DNA of 64,000 nt, taken from NCBI GenBank assembly GCA_965228895.1, contig OZ245842.1, forward strand, positions 608,001-672,000, given 5' to 3'. A model generated the notes under the pieces. It had not been told where the DNA came from and did no database searches. It saw only the letters and a list, made by a program, of their open reading frames with translations. Positions 37,338-46,504 of this stretch are shown piece by piece. The position numbers and the translations under genes were made by a program. How positions within the stretch are numbered: position 1 is the first letter of the stretch; each line of letters begins with the position of its first letter. Origin of the DNA: Alphaproteobacteria bacterium. Its GTDB lineage: Bacteria; Pseudomonadota; Alphaproteobacteria; SP197.

Positions 37338-38441
37338 TCAGTTGCCGGCAATCGCCTGACCGGTTTCGGCATCAAAGAAATGGGCGCGGTCGAGGTCGGC
37401 ATAGAGCTGAAGGTCGGAACCGGCGGATGCCGCGAAATCACGGCTTAGTCGCGCCGAAAGTTCCTGGCCGTTTGCCATGCTTGCGACGAGAACCACCTCT
37501 GGCCCCAAGGCTTCGACCGCGATCACATTGATCGCAATGGGGGCGTGGGCGGCGCTCGGCGGATCGACATAGAGATCCTCGGGACGAACGCCGAAGGTGA
37601 TCTTTGAACCCTTGTGGTTTGCCAAGGCCGCTTGCCGTTGCGACGGGATCGGTAGCTTGACGGGGCCAAGGTCCACCTCGTCGATGCCGTTGGGACCGCC
37701 AAGCTGGGCGTCGAGAAGGTTCATCGGCGGGCTTGCCAGGAAACCGGCGACAAAGGTGTCGACGGGGTTGCGGTAGACGTCGAGCGGCGGGCCGACCTGG
37801 ACGATTCTGCCGTCGCGCATGACGCAGATACGCTCACCCATCGTCATGGCTTCCACCTGGTCGTGGGTGACATGGACGACGGTGCGGCCGAGTTCTCGAT
37901 GGATCTTGATCAGTTCCGTGCGCATGGCCGCACGCAGCTTGGCGTCCAGGTTGGACAGCGGTTCGTCGAACAGGAAGGCCACGGGGTCGCGCACCAGGGC
38001 GCGGCCGAGCGCGACGCGCTGCTGCTGGCCGCCGCTCAGCTCCTTTGGGCGGCGCGCCAGCAGCTCCTCGATGCCCAACATGGTCGCGGTCTGCTTGATC
38101 CGCCGGTCGATTTCATCGCGCTCGACCTTGCGCAGCTTAAGGCCGAACGCCAGGTTACCGGAGACGGTCATATGCGGATAGAGCGCGTAGTTCTGGAACA
38201 CGACGGCAAGGTCCCGGTCGGCCGGATCGACGTTGTTGACGACCTTGCCGTCGATCGACATCTGGCCGGATGTGATCTCCTCAAGGCCCGCGATCATACG
38301 AAGCGTCGTCGACTTGCCGCAGCCCGACGGACCCAGAAGCACCATGAACTCGCCGTCCATGATCTCCAGGTCGATGTTGTCGACCGCCACGACATCCTGG
38401 CCGTAGATCTTGGTTATGCCCTCTAGAGTAATCTGCGCCAC
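37338..38441 (-). CDS. Carbohydrate ABC transporter ATP-binding protein (MalK/UgpC-like)
   Basis: GPSGCGKST, VFQNYALYPHM, LSGGQQQR, DEPLSNLDAKLR. Confidence 0.95.
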   Translation of the reverse strand: MAQITLEGITKIYGQDVVAVDNIDLEIMDGEFMVLLGPSGCGKSTTLRMIAGLEEITSGQMSIDGKVVNNVDPADRDLAVVFQNYALYPHMTVSGNLAFGLKLRKVERDEIDRRIKQTATMLGIEELLARRPKELSGGQQQRVALGRALVRDPVAFLFDEPLSNLDAKLRAAMRTELIKIHRELGRTVVHVTHDQVEAMTMGERICVMRDGRIVQVGPPLDVYRNPVDTFVAGFLASPPMNLLDAQLGGPNGIDEVDLGPVKLPIPSQRQAALANHKGSKITFGVRPEDLYVDPPSAAHAPIAINVIAVEALGPEVVLVASMANGQELSARLSRDFAASAGSDLQLYADLDRAHFFDAETGQAIAGN

Positions 38442-38453
38442 GGTGGCGAACTC

Positions 38454-39344
38454 CTATTTCAACGAACGCATGTAGCGGTAGAGGTAGGTGGTCAACACCA
38501 GGACAATGACCAGCAGCCCGACCGACATGGCCGACGCGCGTCCGATATCCAGGCCGAAGAACGCGGCGCGGTAGATGAAGTAGCTGATCAGGTCGGTTGC
38601 CGTACCCGGTCCGCCTTTCGTCATGATGAAGATGATGTCGAACGTCTTGATCGCGAAGATCAGGCGCAAGAGCAGGGCGACCATGATCACCGGCCGCATC
38701 AACGGCAGCGTGATGTGGATGAAACACCGTAGCGCGGACGCACCGTCCATCCGCGCGGCTTCATAGGGTTCGCGCGGCAGGGCAGCCAGCCCAGCCAGAA
38801 GCAGGATCGCCATGAACGATACCTGATGCCAGATGTCGACCATCACGACGGTCCAGAACGCATTCGTCGCGTTGCCCAGCCAGTTGACAGGACTGATGCC
38901 GGCAAGTCCGATCGCATAGTTGACGATGCCGAGCTCGGAATGCAGCAGCATGCGCCACAACAGGCCAACGACAACCGGGTTGACCAGAAGCGGCGCCAAC
39001 AAGATCAGGTAGTAGATCGTCTTGAAACGTTCGACCTTGTTAAGCGCCAGCGCGACCGAGAAACCGATGATGAACTCGATGACGACGGAGGCCAGCACGA
39101 ATTTGACCGTGACCCACATGGATCCCGGCAAGTACTCCTCGTCCGCCGCCTCTTCGTAGTTCTCCAAGCCGACAAAGTCCTCATGGACCGGCGTCAGCAG
39201 GGTGTAGTCGTAGAAACTGGTAAAGAGGGCAAAGATCAGCGGGAACATGATGACAAGCATCAACGCGGCAAGACCGGGCGCCGTGAGCCAATACCCAAAG
39301 CGCCGGTCCCGCCGCGCGAGCGTCAGCGTGTCAGCCGTTGCCAA
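38454..39344 (-). CDS. Carbohydrate ABC transporter permease (MalF-like)
   Basis: FVGLENY, YEAARMDGA, TKGGPG; several TM segments. Confidence 0.93.
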   Translation of the reverse strand: MATADTLTLARRDRRFGYWLTAPGLAALMLVIMFPLIFALFTSFYDYTLLTPVHEDFVGLENYEEAADEEYLPGSMWVTVKFVLASVVIEFIIGFSVALALNKVERFKTIYYLILLAPLLVNPVVVGLLWRMLLHSELGIVNYAIGLAGISPVNWLGNATNAFWTVVMVDIWHQVSFMAILLLAGLAALPREPYEAARMDGASALRCFIHITLPLMRPVIMVALLLRLIFAIKTFDIIFIMTKGGPGTATDLISYFIYRAAFFGLDIGRASAMSVGLLVIVLVLTTYLYRYMRSLK

Positions 39345-39368
39345 CGTTCTGAATCCGCTGTCTTACCG

Positions 39369-40649
39369 TTATTCCGAGATCTTGCCGTCTTTAACCAGCA
39401 AGGCTCGGAGTTCTTCTTGGGCGTCCGCCATGGCTTCGGGCACCGGTTTTTCGCCGGTCGCCGCCAGGTTCAACTCACGGCCGACTTCCTCGACGAACTC
39501 GGTCGTATAGGTGAAGACCGGGAAGTCCTGGGTGCCGGCAAGGATCTCACCCAAGATCGGATAATAGGGGCGCGCGGCCACCACATCCGGATCGGTGAAG
39601 ATCTGTGCCTGGGTCGGCGCGCCGCCCAGAAGCGCCCGCTCCTTGGCGATCTCCTGTGACTCCGCCCACTTGATGAACTCCCAAGCCGCGTCCTTGTTCG
39701 GGCTGGAATTGGGGATCGCCCAGCCCCAACCGCCATTCAGGCCACCGCCCGGATTGGGCGCGATGCCGACCTTGCCGGCGACCGTCGAGGCTTCCGGATC
39801 CTCGAATCCGGCATAGAGAATGTTGAACGTGACAAAACTATAGGCCTTGCCCTGGGCCATCACGTTGAACGCCTCGTCGAAACAATAGGCTTCCGAACCC
39901 GGAGGACTGTAGTTCTCCACGGCTTCGCGATAGTACTCCATCGCCCGGATCGCCTCGTCACTGTCGAGCAGCGGGTTCCAGTTCTCGTCGTGATAACGGC
40001 CACCCTGGGAATAGAGGTAGTTCGCCCACTGCATGGAGATGCAGTCGCCGCGCTGACCCTGGATGACAGTGCCGAAGAAGTCGCGTTCGCCGTCGCCGTT
40101 TTCGTCACGGGTGAAGAACTCGACCTGCTTCCAGTATTCGTCCCACGTCTCGGGAACCCTCAAGTCGATACCGTAGGCTTCCTTGAACGCCGCCTGTTCG
40201 GCGGGATCGTCGATCAGATCCTGACGATAGATGACGGCCATGGAGTAGTTATAGAACGGCAGCATATAGAGCGTGCCGTCGACGCGGCCGACCAGATCCA
40301 TCAGCTTGGGCACATAGACGTCGACATCGACGCCGTCGCGTGCGACCAGGTCGTCCAGCGGCATCAGCCAGCCGGCCTTGGTGAACTCGCCGACCCAATA
40401 GAAGTCAACGACGATCAGGTCGTAGCTGCCTTCCGGCGCGATGAGCTGGGGCACCAGCTTCGAATGCATGTCGATATAGCTGATCGCCTCGATCTCGACG
40501 TCGATGCCGGTTTCTTCCACGAACTGCGGCAACAGTTCCTGGATGTAACGGGTGTCCGGCACCGTTTCCATAAGGATACGGATGGTCTCCGCCTTGGCGA
40601 CACTGACGCTCAGCGCCAATGCCGCGATTACCGCTAGGACAAACTTCAT
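39369..40649 (-). CDS. Carbohydrate ABC transporter solute-binding protein (CUT1)
   Basis: Signal peptide, F..ETGI.V, PETWDE, GGWGWAIP..S.NKDAAWEFIKW. Confidence 0.93.
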   Translation of the reverse strand: MKFVLAVIAALALSVSVAKAETIRILMETVPDTRYIQELLPQFVEETGIDVEIEAISYIDMHSKLVPQLIAPEGSYDLIVVDFYWVGEFTKAGWLMPLDDLVARDGVDVDVYVPKLMDLVGRVDGTLYMLPFYNYSMAVIYRQDLIDDPAEQAAFKEAYGIDLRVPETWDEYWKQVEFFTRDENGDGERDFFGTVIQGQRGDCISMQWANYLYSQGGRYHDENWNPLLDSDEAIRAMEYYREAVENYSPPGSEAYCFDEAFNVMAQGKAYSFVTFNILYAGFEDPEASTVAGKVGIAPNPGGGLNGGWGWAIPNSSPNKDAAWEFIKWAESQEIAKERALLGGAPTQAQIFTDPDVVAARPYYPILGEILAGTQDFPVFTYTTEFVEEVGRELNLAATGEKPVPEAMADAQEELRALLVKDGKISE

Positions 40650-40734
40650 AACTCACGTCCTCCCTGTTTGAAGTTTTGCTCCACGTGTGCCCGGCCATGG
40701 ATCGTCCCGTCCCCGGCCAGGCGAACTCGTTAAG

Positions 40735-41553
40735 TCATTTCAGCGCCCCCAGTGAGAGTCCCTTGATGAGATAGCGCCGCATGAAGGGCAGCAGGATGAA
40801 GACTGGCAGGATGGCACAGATGGTCGCGGCCGAAAGCAAAGCGATATCGACGCCGCGATGGGTCTGGAATGATGACAGACCGACTGGCAGCGTGTTGGTT
40901 GACGGCCCACTGATGATCAACGCGAACAGGAACTCGTTCCAGCTCAAGATGAAGGACAACAGGCCGGCAGCCAGGATTCCGGGCGCCGCAACCGGCAAGG
41001 TGATGCGCAGGAAAGCCTGGAAGCGCGACGCGCCGTCGATCCTTGCGGCTTGTTCCAAAAGCGCGACATCGCCTTCGAAGAAGGCCACCAGAAGCCAGGC
41101 CAGGAACGGCAAGCTGATCGTCATGTGGGCGATGATCAGGCCGGGCAATGTGTTCAGGAGCGAAGCCTTCAAGAACAACGTGAACAACGGCAGCACCAGG
41201 ATCACCGGCGGCAGCATCTGACTCGACAAAACGAACAGGCGCAGAGGCAGGCCGCCGGTGTTGTAGCGCGCGAACGCATAGGCAATCGACGCCGCCATCG
41301 GCAGCGCGATGATCGTCGCGCCAAGCGCGACCGTGACGCTGTTCAGAAAGTAGTTGAAGAACGGGTAACCGGTGAAGATCTCGACAAAATTAGCAAGGCT
41401 GGCCTGGCCCCATTCCGGCGGTATCTTATAGGCCGTCAGCTTGTCGGTAAGCGCGACGCGAAGTAGCCATAGGAGCGGCAACAGGATGGTTGCGCTGAAG
41501 GCGATCAGAACACCATGCGGCAAAAGCCATGACAACACCCCCCGACCGCGCAT
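40735..41553 (-). CDS. Carbohydrate ABC transporter permease (MalG-like)
   Basis: LEQAARIDGA, SWNEFLFA, TLPV. Confidence 0.93.
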   Translation of the reverse strand: MRGRGVLSWLLPHGVLIAFSATILLPLLWLLRVALTDKLTAYKIPPEWGQASLANFVEIFTGYPFFNYFLNSVTVALGATIIALPMAASIAYAFARYNTGGLPLRLFVLSSQMLPPVILVLPLFTLFLKASLLNTLPGLIIAHMTISLPFLAWLLVAFFEGDVALLEQAARIDGASRFQAFLRITLPVAAPGILAAGLLSFILSWNEFLFALIISGPSTNTLPVGLSSFQTHRGVDIALLSAATICAILPVFILLPFMRRYLIKGLSLGALK

Positions 41554-41781
41554 TGCCTATCCCCAAGACAAAAACAGCGTTACCGATGACCGGTGATGGT
41601 CACCAAAAAGGGCATTCCCCACGTTCACCTATCACCCCGATCCACCCCGTCGCCCGGTTCATGACACGTGCATTCAGGCGCTGGGTGATTTGCTAAATGT
41701 CAACAGGTAAGATCTCTTGTCATCCTAGCGCAATGGCAGGGCAGCACAAGGCGATACGTCACTTCTGAGGATCCAAATACG

Positions 41782-44049
41782 ATGAATAAATCACCGTCGG
41801 CCAACCGATGGAAACGCTACGACGTGTGGGATGACCGTCCCTTGCGCCTCGACGGATTTGCACCCGATAGCCCCGAGGACGGGTTCCGTGCAACCGACAG
41901 CCCGACCGACCCGTCACCCTCACTGCGTATCGATGATGGCGCGGTCGTCGAGATGGATGGCGTGGAGGCCGACCGCTTCGATATGATCGACGCCTTCATT
42001 GCGCGCTATCACCTTGATCTCGAGGTGGCGGAGGAAGCGATGGCCGTCGAGAGCGCGGATTTCGCCCGCCGCCTGATCGACGTCAATGTACCGCGTGATG
42101 ACGTTATCCGGTTGGCGCGCGGCATGACGCCGGCGAAACTGTGCGAGGTCATGGCGTGCCTGAACACGCTGGAGCTTTCGTTTGCGCAGACCAAACTTCG
42201 CGCGCGCAAGGCGCCGGGCAATCAGGCGCACGTGACCAACGCGAAGGATGATCCCGTGCAGATGGTTGCCGATGCGGCGACGGCGGCGGCCATGGGATTT
42301 GATGAAGTCGAGACCACCATGCGGGTCGCGCGCAATTCATGGTCCAATGCGCTTGCCTGTTTGATCGGCGCGACGGTCGGCAAACCGGGAACCCTTGTGC
42401 AGTGCGCCTGCGAAGAAGCCGAAGAGCTTAAGCTTGGCATGGCAGGCCTCACCTCCTATGCCGAGACCATCTCGGTCTATGGCACCGAGGGGTCGTTCAT
42501 CGACGGCGATGATACGCCGTGGTCGAAGGCGTTTTTGATTGCGGCCTATGCGTCGCGCGGCATCAAGTCGCGGTGCACGTCCGGTGGCGGCTCCGAACTC
42601 CTGATGGGGTTCCACGATGCCAAGTCACTGCTGTACCTCGAAGCGCGATGTCTTTGCGTACAGCGCGGCATGGGTGTTCAGGGTACGCAAAACGGCGGCA
42701 TAGACGGCGCGCCGGTAACGTCGTCGATCGCCGGCGGCATGCGCGAAATCCTGGCTGAAAACGTTCTGGCCGCTTTGTTGGACCTGGAATGCGCGTCTGG
42801 CAACGACACGCGTATCAGCGAGTCGGAGATCCGCGTCGGCGCCAAGATCATGCCCCATCTCATGTCCGGCACCGACTTCCTTTGCTCCGGTTTCGGGTCG
42901 GTGCCGGCTTACGACAACTCGTTCGCTGCGTCGCTGTTCAACGCCGAGGAGATCGAGGATTTTCTGACACTGCAACGCGATTTCGAGTTGGACGGCGGTC
43001 TGCGGCACATGCCGGAAGATGATGTCATGACATTGCGCCGCCGCGCTATTGATGCGTTGAAAGCCGTCTATGGCGAGCTGGGCCTTGCCGAGCTGAGCGA
43101 GCAACAAAAGACAAGCGCGTGTTATGCCAGCGGCTCCCAAGACACCGTGGCGTTTCGTTTCACGGAAGTCGGCCGGATCTCCGAACAGATCCGCGACCGC
43201 GGTATCACCTTGATCGACGTCATCGGCGCGTTGGCGCGAAGCGGGTTTGAAGATGTCGCGGAAAACCTGCTGGCACTGTGGCGCCAGCGCGTCAGCGGCG
43301 ATTATCTGCAGACAGCGGCGATCGTACGGGATGGCGTGGTCGTCAGCGCCGTCAACGATCCCAACGACTATGCCGGACCGCAGACGGGCTATCGCCTTTC
43401 ACCGGACCGCCACCAAGAGATCGCCCGGGTACGCGGCATCATGACCAAGGATCAGATCGTCGAGCTGGAGGAGCGCCATGCGACAGCGGAACGGCGGCGC
43501 TACCACATGGAGCCGGTCGGTCCGGCCGCAAAGGGCAATGGCGTTAACGAGGTTGTCATCGGGCTCAGCCCTGCCTTCGGAGAACGCCTGCACCGCACGA
43601 CATCGGGACTCTATCTGTCGCAAGTGCTGGCGGCCTTGGTCGACGGTATCAAGGAAGGTGGCGGGACAGCCCATGTGGTCCGCATACGCCACACCGCCGA
43701 CACATCGTTCCTGGGCCTGACGGCGGCTAGACTTTCCAACTCCGGAATCGGTATCGGCATTCAGGCGAAGGGAACGGCCGTCATTCACACCGCGCAGGAT
43801 GAACCGCATATGAACCTTGAGCTTTTTTCCCAGGCGCCGATTACGACTCTCGACCATTATCATGGCATGGGCCGCAATGCTGCCGCCTATGCGCAGGGTC
43901 TCGATCCCGAGCCGATCAGTATTCCCTATCGCGGCGAGGCATTGGGCGCGCGCTATCATGTTCAGACGTCGCTGATCTATGCCATCGAAACGGCGATGTT
44001 GGACCCCGACGCCGAACCGCAAACGTTGGAGGTGACGTTTCATGGCTGA
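41782..44049 (+). CDS. pduC: Adenosylcobalamin-dependent diol/glycerol dehydratase family, fused large (alpha) and medium (beta) subunits
   Basis: Alpha motifs NQAHVTN, GFDE.ETT, YAETISVYGT, DGDDTPWSK, QRD..DGGL, GDYLQT, SAVND.NDY.GP.TGYR, then beta motifs EVVIGLSPAF, SGIGIGIQ.KGT.VIH, NLELFSQAP, GRNAA.YA in one 755-aa frame. Confidence 0.93.
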   Translation: MNKSPSANRWKRYDVWDDRPLRLDGFAPDSPEDGFRATDSPTDPSPSLRIDDGAVVEMDGVEADRFDMIDAFIARYHLDLEVAEEAMAVESADFARRLIDVNVPRDDVIRLARGMTPAKLCEVMACLNTLELSFAQTKLRARKAPGNQAHVTNAKDDPVQMVADAATAAAMGFDEVETTMRVARNSWSNALACLIGATVGKPGTLVQCACEEAEELKLGMAGLTSYAETISVYGTEGSFIDGDDTPWSKAFLIAAYASRGIKSRCTSGGGSELLMGFHDAKSLLYLEARCLCVQRGMGVQGTQNGGIDGAPVTSSIAGGMREILAENVLAALLDLECASGNDTRISESEIRVGAKIMPHLMSGTDFLCSGFGSVPAYDNSFAASLFNAEEIEDFLTLQRDFELDGGLRHMPEDDVMTLRRRAIDALKAVYGELGLAELSEQQKTSACYASGSQDTVAFRFTEVGRISEQIRDRGITLIDVIGALARSGFEDVAENLLALWRQRVSGDYLQTAAIVRDGVVVSAVNDPNDYAGPQTGYRLSPDRHQEIARVRGIMTKDQIVELEERHATAERRRYHMEPVGPAAKGNGVNEVVIGLSPAFGERLHRTTSGLYLSQVLAALVDGIKEGGGTAHVVRIRHTADTSFLGLTAARLSNSGIGIGIQAKGTAVIHTAQDEPHMNLELFSQAPITTLDHYHGMGRNAAAYAQGLDPEPISIPYRGEALGARYHVQTSLIYAIETAMLDPDAEPQTLEVTFHG

Positions 44050-44473
44050 CAAACGCGATCAGGTCGAAGCGCTCTATCCGGCCAGCGAAAAACAGCAGGA
44101 TCGATTGACCACACCCGGCGGCCACACACTCAGCGATCTGACACTGCCGAACGTGTTGGCGGGAGGGCTTGGGACCGGTGATCTCGGTATCTCACCGGAT
44201 GCCTTGCGCCTGCAACGCGATGTCGCCGAGGCGACCGGCCGGTCTTGTTTGGCAGAGAACTTCGAGCGCGGTGCGGAACTGACCGGTGTCTCTCAGGACG
44301 AGATCTTCGCGACCTACAATCTGTTGCGTCCGGGACGCGCCGAAAGCAAACAGGAGCTTCTCGACCTCGCGCGGCGCTATCGTGACGAACACAACGCGCC
44401 CGAGATCGCCGGTCTGATCGAAGACGCCGCGGAAACGTACGAGAGACGTGGGCTGTTTCGTACCCGCTACTAG
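44042..44473 (+). CDS. pduE: Diol/glycerol dehydratase small (gamma) subunit
   Basis: YP.SEK, TP.G..L.DLTL, ENFERGAEL, YNLLRPGR, A..YE.RG; overlaps upstream stop. Confidence 0.9.
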   Translation: MADKRDQVEALYPASEKQQDRLTTPGGHTLSDLTLPNVLAGGLGTGDLGISPDALRLQRDVAEATGRSCLAENFERGAELTGVSQDEIFATYNLLRPGRAESKQELLDLARRYRDEHNAPEIAGLIEDAAETYERRGLFRTRY

Positions 44474-44534
44474 TTAGCGAGGGCGCCGACGACGCCTATC
44501 AATTGCCCAACATCAACGTCTGGGGAGGAAACCG

Positions 44535-44936
44535 TTGGTTACGCATGAGAGTTTCACCAAGTGGCTCGACGCCTATGGCAGTGCCTGGGTTAACCAGAAC
44601 CCGGACGGCACCCTGGCTCTCTTCACCGATGACGCCACCTATATGTACACGCCGTTCCACAAGATCATGAAAGGCAAGGACGAGATTCGCCGCTACGTCG
44701 AGAAGGGCGCCGTTGGTCTACAGGAGGATATCGAATTCGACTACGAGGTCCTGGCCGTCACGGACGCGTACGGTATTAACCGATGGAAAGCGGCCTTGAC
44801 GTGGAAGGAGACCGGCGAGCGCCTCCACTTTGACGGCATCTATCAGGTCTTCTTGAACGACGACAACCTATGCCATCGCTTCGACGAGTGGTGGCATGCA
44901 AATCCACCGCTACCCGAAGACAACGCACCGGAATAG
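44535..44936 (+). CDS. SnoaL-like/NTF2 family protein
   Basis: WLDAYGSAW....LFTDDATY...PF...G..EI, DG......DD..C.RF.EWW; GGAGG RBS before TTG. Confidence 0.82.
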   Translation: MVTHESFTKWLDAYGSAWVNQNPDGTLALFTDDATYMYTPFHKIMKGKDEIRRYVEKGAVGLQEDIEFDYEVLAVTDAYGINRWKAALTWKETGERLHFDGIYQVFLNDDNLCHRFDEWWHANPPLPEDNAPE

Positions 44937-44971
44937 GGACTTTCGGCTGGTGATGCCGCGTTACAATGCAC

Positions 44972-46504
44972 TCAAGCGATCGCGCCGACGACGCGTACGC
45001 GGGCGCGCAGGCTGTTGCCCGGCATATAGGCAAGCGGCAGGTCCTCAACCTCGACCAACTCCAGGCTTTCGGCATCCGCGCCCGCCTCGACCGCACGTCT
45101 TTCGGCGATACCACGCGCCTCGGCGATAGCGTCTTCGCGCGACAGACCTTGAAAGATCTGGTCGCACTCACCGGAGATCTGGGCAATCGCAGCGCCGACC
45201 GCATTGGCGACCTCGCCGTGTTCGACATGGATGACGTCGCTGACGCCGGCAATCTGATCAGGCACCAGAAAGGCGCCGCCGCCGACGGCAATGACCGGCA
45301 CGTCGCCGGCTTCGGTCTTCATGCGGTCAATTGCGACCGCGGTCATCTCGCGCATGGCCGCTATTGTTTCCTCGACCATCGCCTTGGGCAGGTCATCGAC
45401 CTTGTCGCGATCACCCAGGTCAATCAGGCCCTGGGCAACGGCGATGTCGGTTGCCGTCAGGTCGGGCCCGCCAAAGACGAGCCCGCGCTCGGTCAGCCGG
45501 TAGCCCGTACTCTCGGGGCCGATGGTGAGGGGATCTCTACCAATGAGCGTGCCGCCGCCGAGCGCGATGGAAAGTAGATCCGGCATCCGGAACAAGGTTC
45601 TGACACCGCCAATCTCGACGACGTTGTTGGCTTCGCGCGGAAAACCCGATTTCAGCATGCCGATATCGGTCGTTGTGCCGCCGACATCGACGACCATGGC
45701 GTCGGAAAGCCGGGACAGGAATGCCGCGCCGCGCATACTGTTGGTCGGGCCTGAAGCGAAACTGAACACCGGATACTTTTCGGCGACGTCGGCCAGCATC
45801 ACCGTGCCGTCGTTCTGGGTCAGGTAAAGCTGCGCTGTGATACCGCTGGTTTCGATCGCTTTGGTGAAGGCGGCTGTCGTCTTCTTGGCGAGGTCCTGCA
45901 GGCTGGCGTTCAGCAACGTGGCGTTCTCGCGTTCCAAGAGCCCGATGCGACCGAGCGCGCTGGAGCGGGTAACCGCGACGTCCGGACATTCCTCGGCAAG
46001 GATCGCGGCGGCCTGGTCCTCCAACTCGCTCGTCAGCGGTGAAAAAACAGAGGTGACGCCGACAGCCGTATAGCCGGCATCGCCAATGCGCTTTGCCGCC
46101 TCGCGCATGCCGGCTTCGTCAAACGGGGCAATGGGACGGCCGTCATACTCGTGGCCGCCCTGCAGCATGACGATCTCGCCCCGGACCTCCTCAGCGAGAT
46201 CGTCCGGCCAATCGATGAACGGCTCCAATGATGCGCTGGCCGGCAGGCAGATGCGAATGGCCGCGACCTTCGCGACGTCGCGCCGCTGGGCAACGGCGTT
46301 GGTGAAATGCGTGGTGCCGATCATGACGGCATCCAGGCCGGTCGGGTCGGCCGATGTCTGGGCCAAGACCTGCTTCAGGGCCTTGGTAATGCCCGACATC
46401 ACGTCTTCGGTCGTCGGCGTCTTGACCGAGCCGACGATGACATCGTCCTCGACCAGGACCGCGTCCGTGTTGGTGCCGCCGACGTCGATGCCGATGCGTT
46501 TCAT
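44972..46504 (-). CDS. Short stand-alone hydantoinase/oxoprolinase A-type (ATP-binding) protein, DUF917-associated
   Basis: GIDVGGTNTD, GTTHFTNA, ERENA, SGPTNSMRGA, DVGGTTTD, ANAVGAA; 510 aa; no B subunit adjacent. Confidence 0.9.
   Translation of the reverse strand: MKRIGIDVGGTNTDAVLVEDDVIVGSVKTPTTEDVMSGITKALKQVLAQTSADPTGLDAVMIGTTHFTNAVAQRRDVAKVAAIRICLPASASLEPFIDWPDDLAEEVRGEIVMLQGGHEYDGRPIAPFDEAGMREAAKRIGDAGYTAVGVTSVFSPLTSELEDQAAAILAEECPDVAVTRSSALGRIGLLERENATLLNASLQDLAKKTTAAFTKAIETSGITAQLYLTQNDGTVMLADVAEKYPVFSFASGPTNSMRGAAFLSRLSDAMVVDVGGTTTDIGMLKSGFPREANNVVEIGGVRTLFRMPDLLSIALGGGTLIGRDPLTIGPESTGYRLTERGLVFGGPDLTATDIAVAQGLIDLGDRDKVDDLPKAMVEETIAAMREMTAVAIDRMKTEAGDVPVIAVGGGAFLVPDQIAGVSDVIHVEHGEVANAVGAAIAQISGECDQIFQGLSREDAIAEARGIAERRAVEAGADAESLELVEVEDLPLAYMPGNSLRARVRVVGAIA

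Noticed and set aside
41554-41781. Cobalamin riboswitch upstream of the B12-dependent dehydratase
   Set aside because: No B12-box or GCCCCCGCAACTGT/GCCACTG core seen on either strand; an Rfam scan would be decisive.
43400-43520. Alpha-beta fusion as a sequencing artefact
   Set aside because: The frame is continuous through a plausible helical linker, with no stop remnant or obvious RBS-linked beta start. Reads or homologues would confirm.
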